Assembly (NCBI GenBank): GCA_020184695.1
Contig: JAANOX010000017.1
Span: forward strand, 310,001-374,000
Reading direction: 5' to 3'
DNA: 64,000 bases
From: Histomonas meleagridis 2922-C6/04-290x
Lineage: Eukaryota; Protista; Parabasalia
Part shown: positions 1-10,011 of the stretch, piece by piece
Layout of the letters: every line of letters begins with the position of its first letter
Position numbering within the stretch: position 1 is the stretch's first letter
Position numbers and translations under genes: made by a program
The notes under the pieces: model-generated
Seen by the model: the letters and a program-made list of their open reading frames with translations, nothing else
What the model was told of the DNA's origin: nothing
Databases searched by the model: none

Positions 1-3000
1 AAAATATTTCAAAACATAAAACTTAAAATTGATTCATTTCTAATTACATTATTTGAAGATAATCGATCAAATAAAAATGGTAAACCTTTAATCCGATTTA
101 ATATATCGAAAATTAAATATAACTCAATAAAATCGAAGTTTTTAATGAATCAATCAACTATAAGTTATTTTAATTATAATACAAATTATTGGGATTTAAT
201 TTTAGAGCCTTTTTCGATATATTCTAATGTATATCAATTCGAAAATAAATTCTTAATGAAAAACACAAAAATCGAAGCAATAAAAATAAATTTGTCACAT
301 AAATTTTTATATGATATGATACAAATATTTTCACATATTAATGATTATATAAATCAAGAAAATCAAATTTTACCTGAATTAATTATTGAAAACAATTCTG
401 GAAAATCAACGATAATTCTTTTATCAAATAATAAAAAATTTGTGTTAAAAAATAATAAACAAATTTCTTTATCAAAAATGACCGAATTTATAATAGAAAA
501 TGAATCCGGAACATATAAAATTAATAATAATAACATCGATTTACAATTTCCGACATATTTATCATCAAGATTAAACATATCATCGATTCGAAAAGAACAA
601 ATTCAATATATTTATATTTCGTCATTTATATTATTTAATAATAAAACAAATATTTCATTAACTATTATGACAAATACAAATTATGTAATAAACTTAGAAC
701 CAAATCATTTAACTGCTTATCCTTATGATTTAGAAACATTTCAATCATTTAACTTTGGTAAATATACAAAAAACATACAAATAAATTCATTAAAAAAACA
801 ATCGATTATTTATAAGTTACCAAATACTTTAGGTTTAATTATAAGTTATGAATTTAATAAAGAAAAAGGTTCAACAATAATTACTATTAAGCCACCAATA
901 GTATTTCATAATTTATTAGATAAAACAATAAAAATTAATATATTTAATGTTAAAATGAATTTTTTGCTTTCACAAAATGATGAAAAAGAAGTTTATATTG
1001 GTGATGAATTTGTACATTTTTCAATTGAATATAATAAAATTACATCGAAAGAAGGAAGATATTATTTAAATGATAATAAAATATTTCCAATTGAGTTTAA
1101 ACGAAATTCCTTTCCTTTGTTAATAAAAGAAGAAAGCAAACAATATCATTTTTATATATATGGATCTTTATATGTACAAAATAATATAAATGTAAATATT
1201 ATTTTGACATTAAAGAATTCGAATAATAAAAAATGGTTAATTAAAAAGAATAGTTCGAAAATTATTGGTGATTCATTTCATATCGAAAATAATAAATCTT
1301 TACTTTTATCTATAGAATGTAATAAATTTAAATCATCGAATTATTTAAATTCTTTCATTTCTGGTATTAATTCTTGTATATTATTAACTTCAAATCAATT
1401 TAAAGATTTATATTTTCCTTTACAATATTTAACGACATTTACTGGTATTAAAACTAGAACTTCAATAATACAATTTTCATATTTTTTAGTAATTAAAAAT
1501 TCAACTTCTTCAAATATTTATTTGAAATCTAAATCATTAGAAAACGAAATTATATTTTGTTTTAAGCCTAACGAAGAAAAACCTATAAATTTAACGAATG
1601 AAATGTTTTTGTTTTTATTTTCTTTTGATGAAAACTTTAATGAATTCATCGAATTAGTTTTGGATTCACCAATACATTCGACATTTCAAATTAATAATAA
1701 AAACATTGAAATCGAAATTAAACAAAATAATAATTCAGCATTAATTGTTGAATTTATTGATGCGATTTTACCACAACCATTAATGATAACAAATTATTTG
1801 CAGTCGGATATAATAAAACTTGTTCAATGTGATATAATTATTCAACCAATGGTTACTACATTAATAAGTTTTAAAGATTTAAATAATCAATCCGAAATAT
1901 TAATAGAAATCAATAATAAATCATATAAATTATCAATAACTCAACTTTTTACACCAATAAAATTTGATGATAATTTGTATATCGAATTAAAAATATTAGA
2001 AAATGGTTATAAATGTATATTTATATCGAATAATTCGAATAATATAATAAATAAAACATTTGAAATTGAAATTTCATTTCAAATTCCAATTTTAGAAATA
2101 TCATTAATCGATAATCATATTAATGAATTATTATTATTAACATTAAAAGATATTAATTTCGAATTTCATCGTAATAATGAAATGGATAATTTTATATTTA
2201 ACATAAATCAAATACAAATCGATGATATGAGTATATTACCACCAATTCCAGTTGTATTATTTAATAAAACGTTTCCATTTCTTTCATTATATATCATCAC
2301 ATTTACCAAAGCGCCTTTTTTAACAGCATTCCAAAGATTTTACTTACAAATGAGTGACATAACACTTTATTTAGATATTTCATTCATTAATGACATATTA
2401 CAATTCTTTAAAACGATTTTACCGCAAAAAAATAATTTCGAAATTACCAAAAAAATTAATAAAAACTTAAATATATACTTCAATCAACTTAAAATCGAAC
2501 AATTTACATTCGATATTACTATTAAAAGTCAAACAGGTCGACCACAAACTCAATCGAATGATCCATTATTATCATTGTTTGTTCCATCAATAACTAATGC
2601 ACCATTAGTAATACCAATACAATACATTAATGAATTATTTACTACAACTGATTATATAATGAATAACATATTTAAACAAATAAAAAATATCATTTTCGCT
2701 CAATTACTTTCTATAATTGGACGTACTGACGCATTATCAGTATTAGGAATTGTTCCAGGAATATTCCATAACATTCAGTCATTATTAACAGGTAATATTA
2801 ATGGTTATCATCAATTAATATTCCCAACAACTGAAGGAATTTTACGTTCTACTTCAAACTTATTTAGAAAAGTAACTTTCGATGAATCTGATCATCGATT
2901 ATCATTTGGTGTGAATAGAACTATACCTCAAACAATTGGTGATGGCTTTATCTCATTAACAAATAATGTGTTCAATGGTTTAACTGGAATAATTACTAAG

Positions 3001-3528
3001 CCTATAACCGAATGTAAAAAAGATGGGCCAAAAGGTATCGTCTTAGGTTTAGCTAAAGGTTTTATTGGCGTTTTCACTTGTCCGATCTCCGGTATATTGG
3101 ATGCTTCCGCAGGTGTAATCGGAGGAATTAAAAAAGTCGTTTCGGATGAGAAAGTTATAGCGCCAATAAGGTTAACAAGAACTTTCGAGTTAAATAGAAT
3201 TGTGTCATATAATGAAAGAAGTGCAATAGCACAAAATGAAATTTGTAAGAAGGGTTTAATAGAAAACTTTTTGTTGTTTGTTGACGCAGAAAAGGAATGG
3301 AATCCATTCGCAATTACCGATAAACATTTTTGCATTTTTAATGATGATTGTAAGGTAAATGAAATATTCGGAATAGAGGAAATAGAAAACATTGCAGTGT
3401 ACGAGAAAACTTTGGTGATGAAATTAAAAAATAGAAATGTCAATGTGTATTGCTCATCTGCTAAAATGACAAATCAGTGCGCAAAAATTATCCACTCAAA
3501 AATCGCTGCTATTTCTTTTTGTAAATAA
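1..3528 (+). CDS. VPS13: VPS13/chorein family lipid-transfer protein, C-terminal part (5'-partial)
   Basis: Frame 1 is open from base 1 to TAA at 3526-3528. C-terminal GLTGIITKPITECKKDGPKGIVLGLAKGFIGVFTCPISGILD is the VPS13_C/ATG2_C-type segment and resembles the same segment of the paralog at 44725-54351. Confidence 0.85.
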   Translation, partial: KIFQNIKLKIDSFLITLFEDNRSNKNGKPLIRFNISKIKYNSIKSKFLMNQSTISYFNYNTNYWDLILEPFSIYSNVYQFENKFLMKNTKIEAIKINLSHKFLYDMIQIFSHINDYINQENQILPELIIENNSGKSTIILLSNNKKFVLKNNKQISLSKMTEFIIENESGTYKINNNNIDLQFPTYLSSRLNISSIRKEQIQYIYISSFILFNNKTNISLTIMTNTNYVINLEPNHLTAYPYDLETFQSFNFGKYTKNIQINSLKKQSIIYKLPNTLGLIISYEFNKEKGSTIITIKPPIVFHNLLDKTIKINIFNVKMNFLLSQNDEKEVYIGDEFVHFSIEYNKITSKEGRYYLNDNKIFPIEFKRNSFPLLIKEESKQYHFYIYGSLYVQNNINVNIILTLKNSNNKKWLIKKNSSKIIGDSFHIENNKSLLLSIECNKFKSSNYLNSFISGINSCILLTSNQFKDLYFPLQYLTTFTGIKTRTSIIQFSYFLVIKNSTSSNIYLKSKSLENEIIFCFKPNEEKPINLTNEMFLFLFSFDENFNEFIELVLDSPIHSTFQINNKNIEIEIKQNNNSALIVEFIDAILPQPLMITNYLQSDIIKLVQCDIIIQPMVTTLISFKDLNNQSEILIEINNKSYKLSITQLFTPIKFDDNLYIELKILENGYKCIFISNNSNNIINKTFEIEISFQIPILEISLIDNHINELLLLTLKDINFEFHRNNEMDNFIFNINQIQIDDMSILPPIPVVLFNKTFPFLSLYIITFTKAPFLTAFQRFYLQMSDITLYLDISFINDILQFFKTILPQKNNFEITKKINKNLNIYFNQLKIEQFTFDITIKSQTGRPQTQSNDPLLSLFVPSITNAPLVIPIQYINELFTTTDYIMNNIFKQIKNIIFAQLLSIIGRTDALSVLGIVPGIFHNIQSLLTGNINGYHQLIFPTTEGILRSTSNLFRKVTFDESDHRLSFGVNRTIPQTIGDGFISLTNNVFNGLTGIITKPITECKKDGPKGIVLGLAKGFIGVFTCPISGILDASAGVIGGIKKVVSDEKVIAPIRLTRTFELNRIVSYNERSAIAQNEICKKGLIENFLLFVDAEKEWNPFAITDKHFCIFNDDCKVNEIFGIEEIENIAVYEKTLVMKLKNRNVNVYCSSAKMTNQCAKIIHSKIAAISFCK

Positions 3529-4150
3529 AAATTGTTAATTAATAGAAATTGATTATTATATGAGATTTAAAAAAAAAAAAGATCTGCTGCACAAGCTTAT
3601 GAACTGTTCAGTTAAATGAATGTTATACATTTGGGCATTTAAAAATTATTATTATCATTTGAAAAAAAAAGTTAAGATTAAGAATGTAGTCTCTTTGGCT
3701 TAGCGAGCCCATATTTTGTTCCCGAATGCCAGAGACATGTGTCCCCGATAAGTTTAGTTACAGAGCAGAACGAATCGCCTTGTGACCGTATCGGAAATGG
3801 CCGCACTTCGAAACAGAGCCTGTGAAATCAGAAAAAAGTCAATTAACGTTCGCCTTGTTCGCTTTTTTGCAAAACAAAAGATAATATTAAACATCAACAA
3901 AGAACAGTTGAGTGTTGTCAACAAATTATGAAGGTTCGTAAAAACATATATAAGCAATAAGAGTTGGAAAGAATATTTTTATATCTATTTTAATTCTTGT
4001 AGATTTGTTCAATTGTTCGATTGGACATTTCCATTGTTTCATATCACTTCACATGAAAGTTTTCAGAATTGTATTTTTAACAAAATTGAGCGTCAGCAAT
4101 TGAATTCAAAATCTTGTTCAGAATTTCTGTCGTTTTCCAGAAACAAAAAT

Positions 4151-4864
4151 ATGGAGCAAAATATTCCCAGAGAAGACCTTTTCATGATAGCATCACTTGC
4201 ATGTAATCAAGGATTACATGAACAAAGTATTAAATATATTCACAAAGCAATTGAACTTTCTCCTGTTTTAGATGAAAATCAACAAAATATATTGTTCACA
4301 CCTTATAGGGAAATTGCTAAAAAATTGAGAAACACCATTAAGCAAATATCATCTGTATACTCAATGAAAGAAATCCAAACAGAATCTCAAGCGGTTGCTG
4401 TTCAAATTCTACAAAATGATTTATCATACCAACTTCTTGGAGTGTGTAATGAGATTTGTGCTATATTGAATGATCGGTTATTGCCGAATACTGAAAATCC
4501 TGTTGATAAAGCTGTTTATCATCTTGTAATTGGAGATTTCATGAGATTTGTTGGTGACCTCGTAATTCCAGAGTCAACGGAAGCAGCAGAAACATCACAC
4601 GAAAACTATATGATCGCGAAATCTCTTGCTGAAACTCTTCCTATTGCGCATCCGGTCAGACTTACCATCGATCTAAACTTCAGCATTTTACTCAGTGATG
4701 TTCTGGGAAGGACTGCAGAAGCAATTGGACTTGCGCAAACCACATACAATTCAGCAATCTCAGCTCTCTCCACTTTAGATGAGAAGCAACAGTATGTTTC
4801 TCGTGAAATTCTTCAATTACTGAAAGATAATGCAACCGCATGGGCAAGCTCTTTGATCGCATAA
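4151..4864 (+). CDS. 14-3-3 family protein (divergent)
   Basis: ATG at 4151 (MEQNIPREDLFMIA). Motifs KAVYHLVIGDFMRF, AETLPIAHPVRLTIDLNFSILLSDVL and SREILQLLKDNATAW match 14-3-3 helices. Confidence 0.87.
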   Translation: MEQNIPREDLFMIASLACNQGLHEQSIKYIHKAIELSPVLDENQQNILFTPYREIAKKLRNTIKQISSVYSMKEIQTESQAVAVQILQNDLSYQLLGVCNEICAILNDRLLPNTENPVDKAVYHLVIGDFMRFVGDLVIPESTEAAETSHENYMIAKSLAETLPIAHPVRLTIDLNFSILLSDVLGRTAEAIGLAQTTYNSAISALSTLDEKQQYVSREILQLLKDNATAWASSLIA

Positions 4865-4877
4865 TTATGCATTCAAT

Positions 4878-4920
4878 TAAAACGCATCTTTAATAATTTA
4901 ATCATTAAAGGTGCGTTTTA
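4878..4920 (+). repeat. 17-bp stem, 9-nt loop inverted repeat in the 14-3-3 3' flank
   Basis: taaaacgcatctttaat (4878-4894) pairs with attaaaggtgcgtttta (4904-4920), with one U-G wobble on the + strand. Confidence 0.7.
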
Positions 4921-5070
4921 GATATTTTCTAATTTTGGCTGTCCCATAGGTGTGTTAATTGAAGAATTAATGAGTTCAAAAAAAATGTGTTTTTGTATCG
5001 GTCTTTATTGAGATGTTTACACGCGTAAACAAAAGTGGCATGATACAGAATATGTATAACATTGTATAAA

Positions 5071-5703
5071 TTAATAATCATCAATTGATGGACGGTGATG
5101 CCGATGGTGGTGATGAGAATGCCTGTGTCTGCTTTGTGGTGTAGGTGAAAAGTAAGGCTTTTCTTCAATTCTTGGTTCTTCTTTTTGTATTTGTGGTGGA
5201 GGATTTTCTGGGATTTTAGATAGTAAATTTTGAAGCGCTTCAGCTTCTTCTTTTTCTTTCTTTCGCTTAGCTATTATAGCTGTAAGTGGATCTTCACGTG
5301 TTTTTATATCTTCATCACCTTTAAGATGTTTGAACTCAGTTAATAGTTTAACACCTGGGATTCCATACTTTCGTAATTCGGCTTGATCAGGGTTTAACAT
5401 AATTGAATCTGGCCTTCTACCTGCTAGAATATCTTCTGTTTTTACAATCTCTTCTTCTTCCCTTCTTTTAATAACAGGTGTTTTATAAAGGAATTCTAAG
5501 CGTGGTTGTTGTTTTGGGATTCTTCCTGAGGCCTCTTGAATTTTTCTAATATTTTCTAATTCACGTTCTTCTTCACGTTCTCTTCTGAGTTCGGCCATTC
5601 TTGTCTGTTCTTGAGAATATTTCTTTTCTGCTTCTGCAACCTTTCGGATATTTTCGATTCTACGAACGTGCCATTTCTTTTTGGAAAGAAACTTTAAAGC
5701 CAT
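5071..5703 (-). CDS. CWC25: CWC25/Cir_N-domain pre-mRNA splicing factor
   Basis: N-terminal MALKFLSKKKWHVRRIENIRKVAEAEKK (Cir_N), then coiled coil, PRLEFLY, D.KTREDPL and a His/Arg-rich tail. Confidence 0.75.
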   Translation of the reverse strand: MALKFLSKKKWHVRRIENIRKVAEAEKKYSQEQTRMAELRREREEERELENIRKIQEASGRIPKQQPRLEFLYKTPVIKRREEEEIVKTEDILAGRRPDSIMLNPDQAELRKYGIPGVKLLTEFKHLKGDEDIKTREDPLTAIIAKRKKEKEEAEALQNLLSKIPENPPPQIQKEEPRIEEKPYFSPTPQSRHRHSHHHHRHHRPSIDDY

Positions 5704-5709
5704 TTTTTA

Positions 5710-5717
5710 AAACCGTT
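5710..5717 (-). promoter_or_regulatory. M3-like core promoter element (AACGGTTT)
   Basis: Matches the trichomonad M3 consensus DRCSGTTD, 7 nt upstream of the CWC25 ATG. Confidence 0.5.
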
Positions 5718-5781
5718 TATTGATTTCGACCGTTAATTTACAAATTGGAAAAAAACTATAAAAAAGAAAGAGAAATTCTAT

Positions 5782-6360
5782 TTAGAAAACCTTCATATAT
5801 AAAATTAATAATATTGCAAGAACCAAAAGAACAACAATACCCCACATGATCATTTTGTTTTGCCTTTGAATGGCATGCATGCCATTAACAATACTGGATG
5901 AATTATGTACAGAGTTTCTAATGGCATCAACATTTTCCATTCCATGTAAGAGTTTTTCTCGTTGTTGGCTAAGGTTTGATAAAACTCCTTTTCCAATTTC
6001 AATAGATTCTTCACCATATTGTGCAGCTTTAGAGAGAGAGTAATCAACAGAAGCTGCTTTGTGAAGATCATAGTTATTTCCAAGAAGTTGTTGCCTATTA
6101 ATTAGAGATTGAAATGAATCTTCTATTGATGCTATTTGTTCTTTAAGTTGCTGGTATCTCCTTTGAGCAGAAGCCCGATCATTTGTGGGAAGAAGAAATA
6201 TTTCTCTTTGTAATTCTTCGGATGCAGACTTTGCATTATCCAATTTGGTTCGAGCTAACTCAATATTTCTTGGGTTATCTTTTATCTGTGAACTATTTAT
6301 AAGGTTTCGTGCTTCTTCAAGACATGATTGAACATGCCCTTCATAAAAATCGAAAGACAT
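5782..6360 (-). CDS. VTI1: Qb-SNARE, Vti1-like
   Basis: Habc-like N-terminus (MSFDFYE), SNARE motif GEESIEIGKGVLSNLSQQREKL and a C-terminal TM helix. Confidence 0.8.
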   Translation of the reverse strand: MSFDFYEGHVQSCLEEARNLINSSQIKDNPRNIELARTKLDNAKSASEELQREIFLLPTNDRASAQRRYQQLKEQIASIEDSFQSLINRQQLLGNNYDLHKAASVDYSLSKAAQYGEESIEIGKGVLSNLSQQREKLLHGMENVDAIRNSVHNSSSIVNGMHAIQRQNKMIMWGIVVLLVLAILLILYMKVF

Positions 6361-6373
6361 CCAAGCTGCAACT

Positions 6374-6381
6374 AAACCGTT
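6374..6381 (-). promoter_or_regulatory. M3-like core promoter element (AACGGTTT)
   Basis: Consensus match 14 nt upstream of the VTI1 ATG. Confidence 0.5.
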
Positions 6382-6524
6382 TAAAAGACCTTGAGGCGAA
6401 CGTTTATTATCGGGTTGGGTAAAATCGGTTAAAAAAATCGAGTAATCAAAAACTTGAATTTTCTAAGCTTTATGTATATTTTGAAAAGAACCTAAAACTC
6501 TGAAATTTATTGAAAAACCGTTTT

Positions 6525-6530
6525 TCATTT
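6525..6530 (+). promoter_or_regulatory. Initiator-like TCATTT upstream of ankyrin locus A
   Basis: TCATTT 11-16 nt before ATG 6541, the usual position of the trichomonad Inr. Confidence 0.4.
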
Positions 6531-6540
6531 TTTTTGTCAA

Positions 6541-9500
6541 ATGCAAACAGAAGAAACCAAAAATACAAATCAAAACATTTTTAAACAAAATTTATTAATA
6601 GGAAAAATTATTTTCATGCTAGATGAGAATAACATTGATTCATCAGTTGAATCAATAATGAATTTTTTTGATCCTGTTTATCCAATTTCATTTAACTTTG
6701 TTATCAGTCATTTTTTATACTCATCATTTATTGCACAAATGAAAGATTTTAATATTTATATTTGTTTCATGAAAGGAATTAATGCCAAAGAAAAAGAATT
6801 GACTAATGACAAGTATAAACTTACTTCTACATTTTTACAATATATTTCTGATATGAAGACACAAGAATCAAATTATTTTATAGAAAAATTGTTTGAAGAA
6901 GAAAAAATTGATCCAAAATTTTTAAAAATTAGACAACCATTATATTTTGCGCACCATATAACAGGTGAAATTGGAACAATCGAAAATAGTTTTTATGATG
7001 AGTTCAATGAAAACATTGAAAATTTAAAAAAGAACGATTGGGAACTTCATAAGAAATTAATTGAAGAAGGACATAGTCCAAAAGAAATTGCTAAAATCAT
7101 TCGATATGATAAAATCGAAAAACTTCAAGAAATATCATCACAAACAAATTTTGATTATAATCAAACAATAAAACCATCACTTTATGAAAGATGTTCATAT
7201 ATTAATCAAGAAAATATTACATTAATTGATTATGCAGCATTTTTTGGATCATTTAAATGTTTTAAGTATTTACTTATGAATGGAGCAAAATTAGATAAAA
7301 CAGGTAAATATGCAGTTGCAGGCGGAAATGAAGAAATTGTTCATTTATGTGAACAGAATCATTCATCATTTGAAGGTGCGTATAAAGCAGCAATTATATT
7401 CCATCGAAGCAATATTTTTAAATATATATTTGAAAATCAAATTGAAGAAATCAAGGACGTAGAATTTTTGGAAAATTTAGGAAAGGAATGTGTCCAGCTT
7501 TGTAATTATGAAATTTTTTTATTTTTGGAAAAATTAGGAATAACAATCACAAATCAAATTATCGAAGAAGCAGTGTATAATGGAGATTTGCTTTTAGTTA
7601 AACATTTTCAAATCCCAAAGGTTTCGATAGCTTTATCAGCATTTAAGGGAAACATTGAACTTATATCTTATATACTTAATCAAGGGATTAATGTAAATGA
7701 AAAAAGATTTTAATTGTTTTGTTTGATGATGTATCATATCAATTTTTGGTGTTTTTTATCTTCATTTACAACAGCACTTCATGTTTCATCATTATATGGT
7801 CATAAAGAAGTAGTAAAATTACTTCTCGAACAAAAGGGGATTGATATTAATGCTCAAGATATTAATTTATTTTATTTAATATTTGTTTTTTTAAGTTAAA
7901 GATTCATATAAATATTTGGGGTTTTTATGAATGATATATGACAGCACTTAGTTTAGCATCCTTAAATGGTTATATAGATATAATAAAATTACTTCTTGAA
8001 CAAGAAGGAATTGGTATTAATATTCAAGATATTAAATTGTTTTATTTAATGCTTATTTTTCTAAACTAAAAATTCAAAACAATATTTGGAAATTATTTAA
8101 AATATTTTGGACAATACTTACACATTCAATAGTAAGTGGTGATGTTGAACTTGTTAAATTAATTCTTGAACAAAAAGGAGTTGATATCAATATAAAAGAT
8201 AATTATTTGATTATCTTAAAATTTAATTTTGTTATATATGATTTCAAAATAATGTTTGGAAATTGTATATATTATTTGAAACAGCTCTTATGGGTGCAGC
8301 ATATCTAGGTTATAAAGATATATTTAAATTACTTTTAGAAAAAGGAAGTGATATTCACGTTATAGATGTTCGTTCATAATATTGAATATGTGTTTAAAAA
8401 TATTTTTATTTCTAAGTAATATTTGGTATTTATTTTTTCTATTTTATACAACACTTATCCTTACAGCTATAAAAGGGAAAACTGAAATCGCAAAAATTCT
8501 TCTTGAGCAAGAAGGAATTGATGTTAATGATAAAGATGTTTATATTTTATAATCAAAATTTATTTCATTTTATTGAAATTTAAAAATTATTTTTGGAATT
8601 TATTTGATTTTTTTAAAAGTGTTCTAATGTATGCATCTTCTTATGGTCACATAGATATTGTTAAATATCTACTTGATCAAAAAGGAATTGATATCAATGC
8701 TAAAGATATTACTTTGATATTTAAGATTTTTCTTTTAATATTATAAAATTATAATATATTATTTGGATTTTATTTAAATTACTTGAAACTGCATTTATGT
8801 ATGCAGCAAAAAATAATAATTTTGATATAGTTAAATTACTTATTGATAAGGGAATCGATATCAATTCGAGGAATATATATTTGAGTTATTTAAAATTTAT
8901 ATTATTAATTTTGTCTATAAGAATAATATCTGGTTTTTGTTCAAAATATATTTAACAGCACTTACTTATGCATGTGGAAATGGATACGTCGAAATATTCA
9001 AATTACTTCTTCAACATGGAGCTGATATAAATGAGAAAGATCTTTAATAGTTATGTTTAATGTTTATTTAAATAATTTTATGTTTTGAAATAATATTTGG
9101 AATTTATTTAAATTGTTTGATACACCACTTATGTGGGCATCTGAAAAAGGCAAAATAGAAATTGTAAAAATAATTCTTGAACATGAAGGAATTGATATTA
9201 ATGCCGGCAAATTCATCTTTTTGTTAATTTTATTTGATATTTATTTCAAAAATTTGATATTTAAAAACAATTTTTGGTTTTTATTTAAGTTATTTTTTAC
9301 TGCATTTATGAAAGCATCTCGTTATAACCACAAAGAAGTAGTTCAATTACTTCTTGAACAAGAAGGAATTAATATTAATGCTAAAGATATTAAATTATTT
9401 TATTTGAAATTTATTTTTTTAAGATAAAAACACAAAACATTATTTGGAATTTATTCCAAATATTTGATACAGCACTTATTATTGCAGCTTTTCATAATTG

Positions 9501-10011
9501 CACTGAAGTAGTTAAATTACTTCTTGAACAAGAAGGAATAGAAATCAATACAAAAGATATTAATTAAAGTTATTTAGTATTTATATTATTAATTTGGTGT
9601 TTAAAAATAAGATTTGGAATTTATTCAACTTATTTGATACAGCACTTATGTGTGCATCTGCAAATGGAAATGTCGAAATCGTTAAAATGCTTCTTCTAAA
9701 AGATGGAATAAATATAAATTCTCAAAGTGATTTTTTGGGGTTTTTAATGTTTGTTATAATATTTTGATATTTGAAAATAATGTTTGGAATTTCTACATAT
9801 TATAATGGACGGCACTGATGTGTGCATGTTCAAGTGGTCAAATTGAGGTCGTTAAATTACTTATTGATCACAAAGATATCGATATTAACATCAAAAATAT
9901 TTGTTTATTTTCATTAAAGTTTAAATAAATTTTTTATGGTTTCATTATCAGCTCTGGTATTTATTTAAAAAGTTTATAAACGCAGCTCAAATAGCATATG
10001 CTATTTGGTGA
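6541..10011 (+). CDS. Locus A: DUF3447-like N-terminus plus 13 full ankyrin repeats, interrupted by 55 short spacers; 842 aa after spacer removal
   Basis: Open 6541-7707. Ankyrin cores start at 7771, 7941, 8111, 8281, 8448, 8618, 8788, 8955, 9122, 9299, 9469, 9639, 9809 and a degenerate one at 9979; all cores are stop-free. Removing 54x17 nt + 1x24 nt (942 nt) from 3471 nt leaves 2529 nt = 843 codons ending at TGA 10009-10011. The mature mRNA is inferred, not observed. Confidence 0.8.
7708..9978 (+). repeat. Tandem array with 170/167-bp period (87-90 nt ankyrin core + 80-nt linker with 20-nt sub-period)
   Basis: Core start spacings: 170,170,170,167,170,170,167,167,177,170,170,170,170. The 167-bp units are those with a 29-codon core. 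Confidence 0.95.

Noticed and set aside
7861-7940. One conventional ~68-nt spliceosomal intron per repeat
   Set aside because: No GT...AG pair or branch motif gives an in-frame product, and the conserved Gly codon lies mid-linker, 17 nt from the next coding triplet.
7714-9427. ORF-track entries 7714-7899, 9113-9427, 28243-28509, 28301-28555 and 28884-29144 as independent small genes
   Set aside because: They are pieces of the spacer-interrupted ankyrin genes; their hydrophobic F/L/I/Y stretches are translated spacers.
7708-9978. CRISPR-like repeat-spacer array
   Set aside because: Eukaryotic context, the repeats encode ankyrin, the linkers are homologous to each other, and there are no cas genes.
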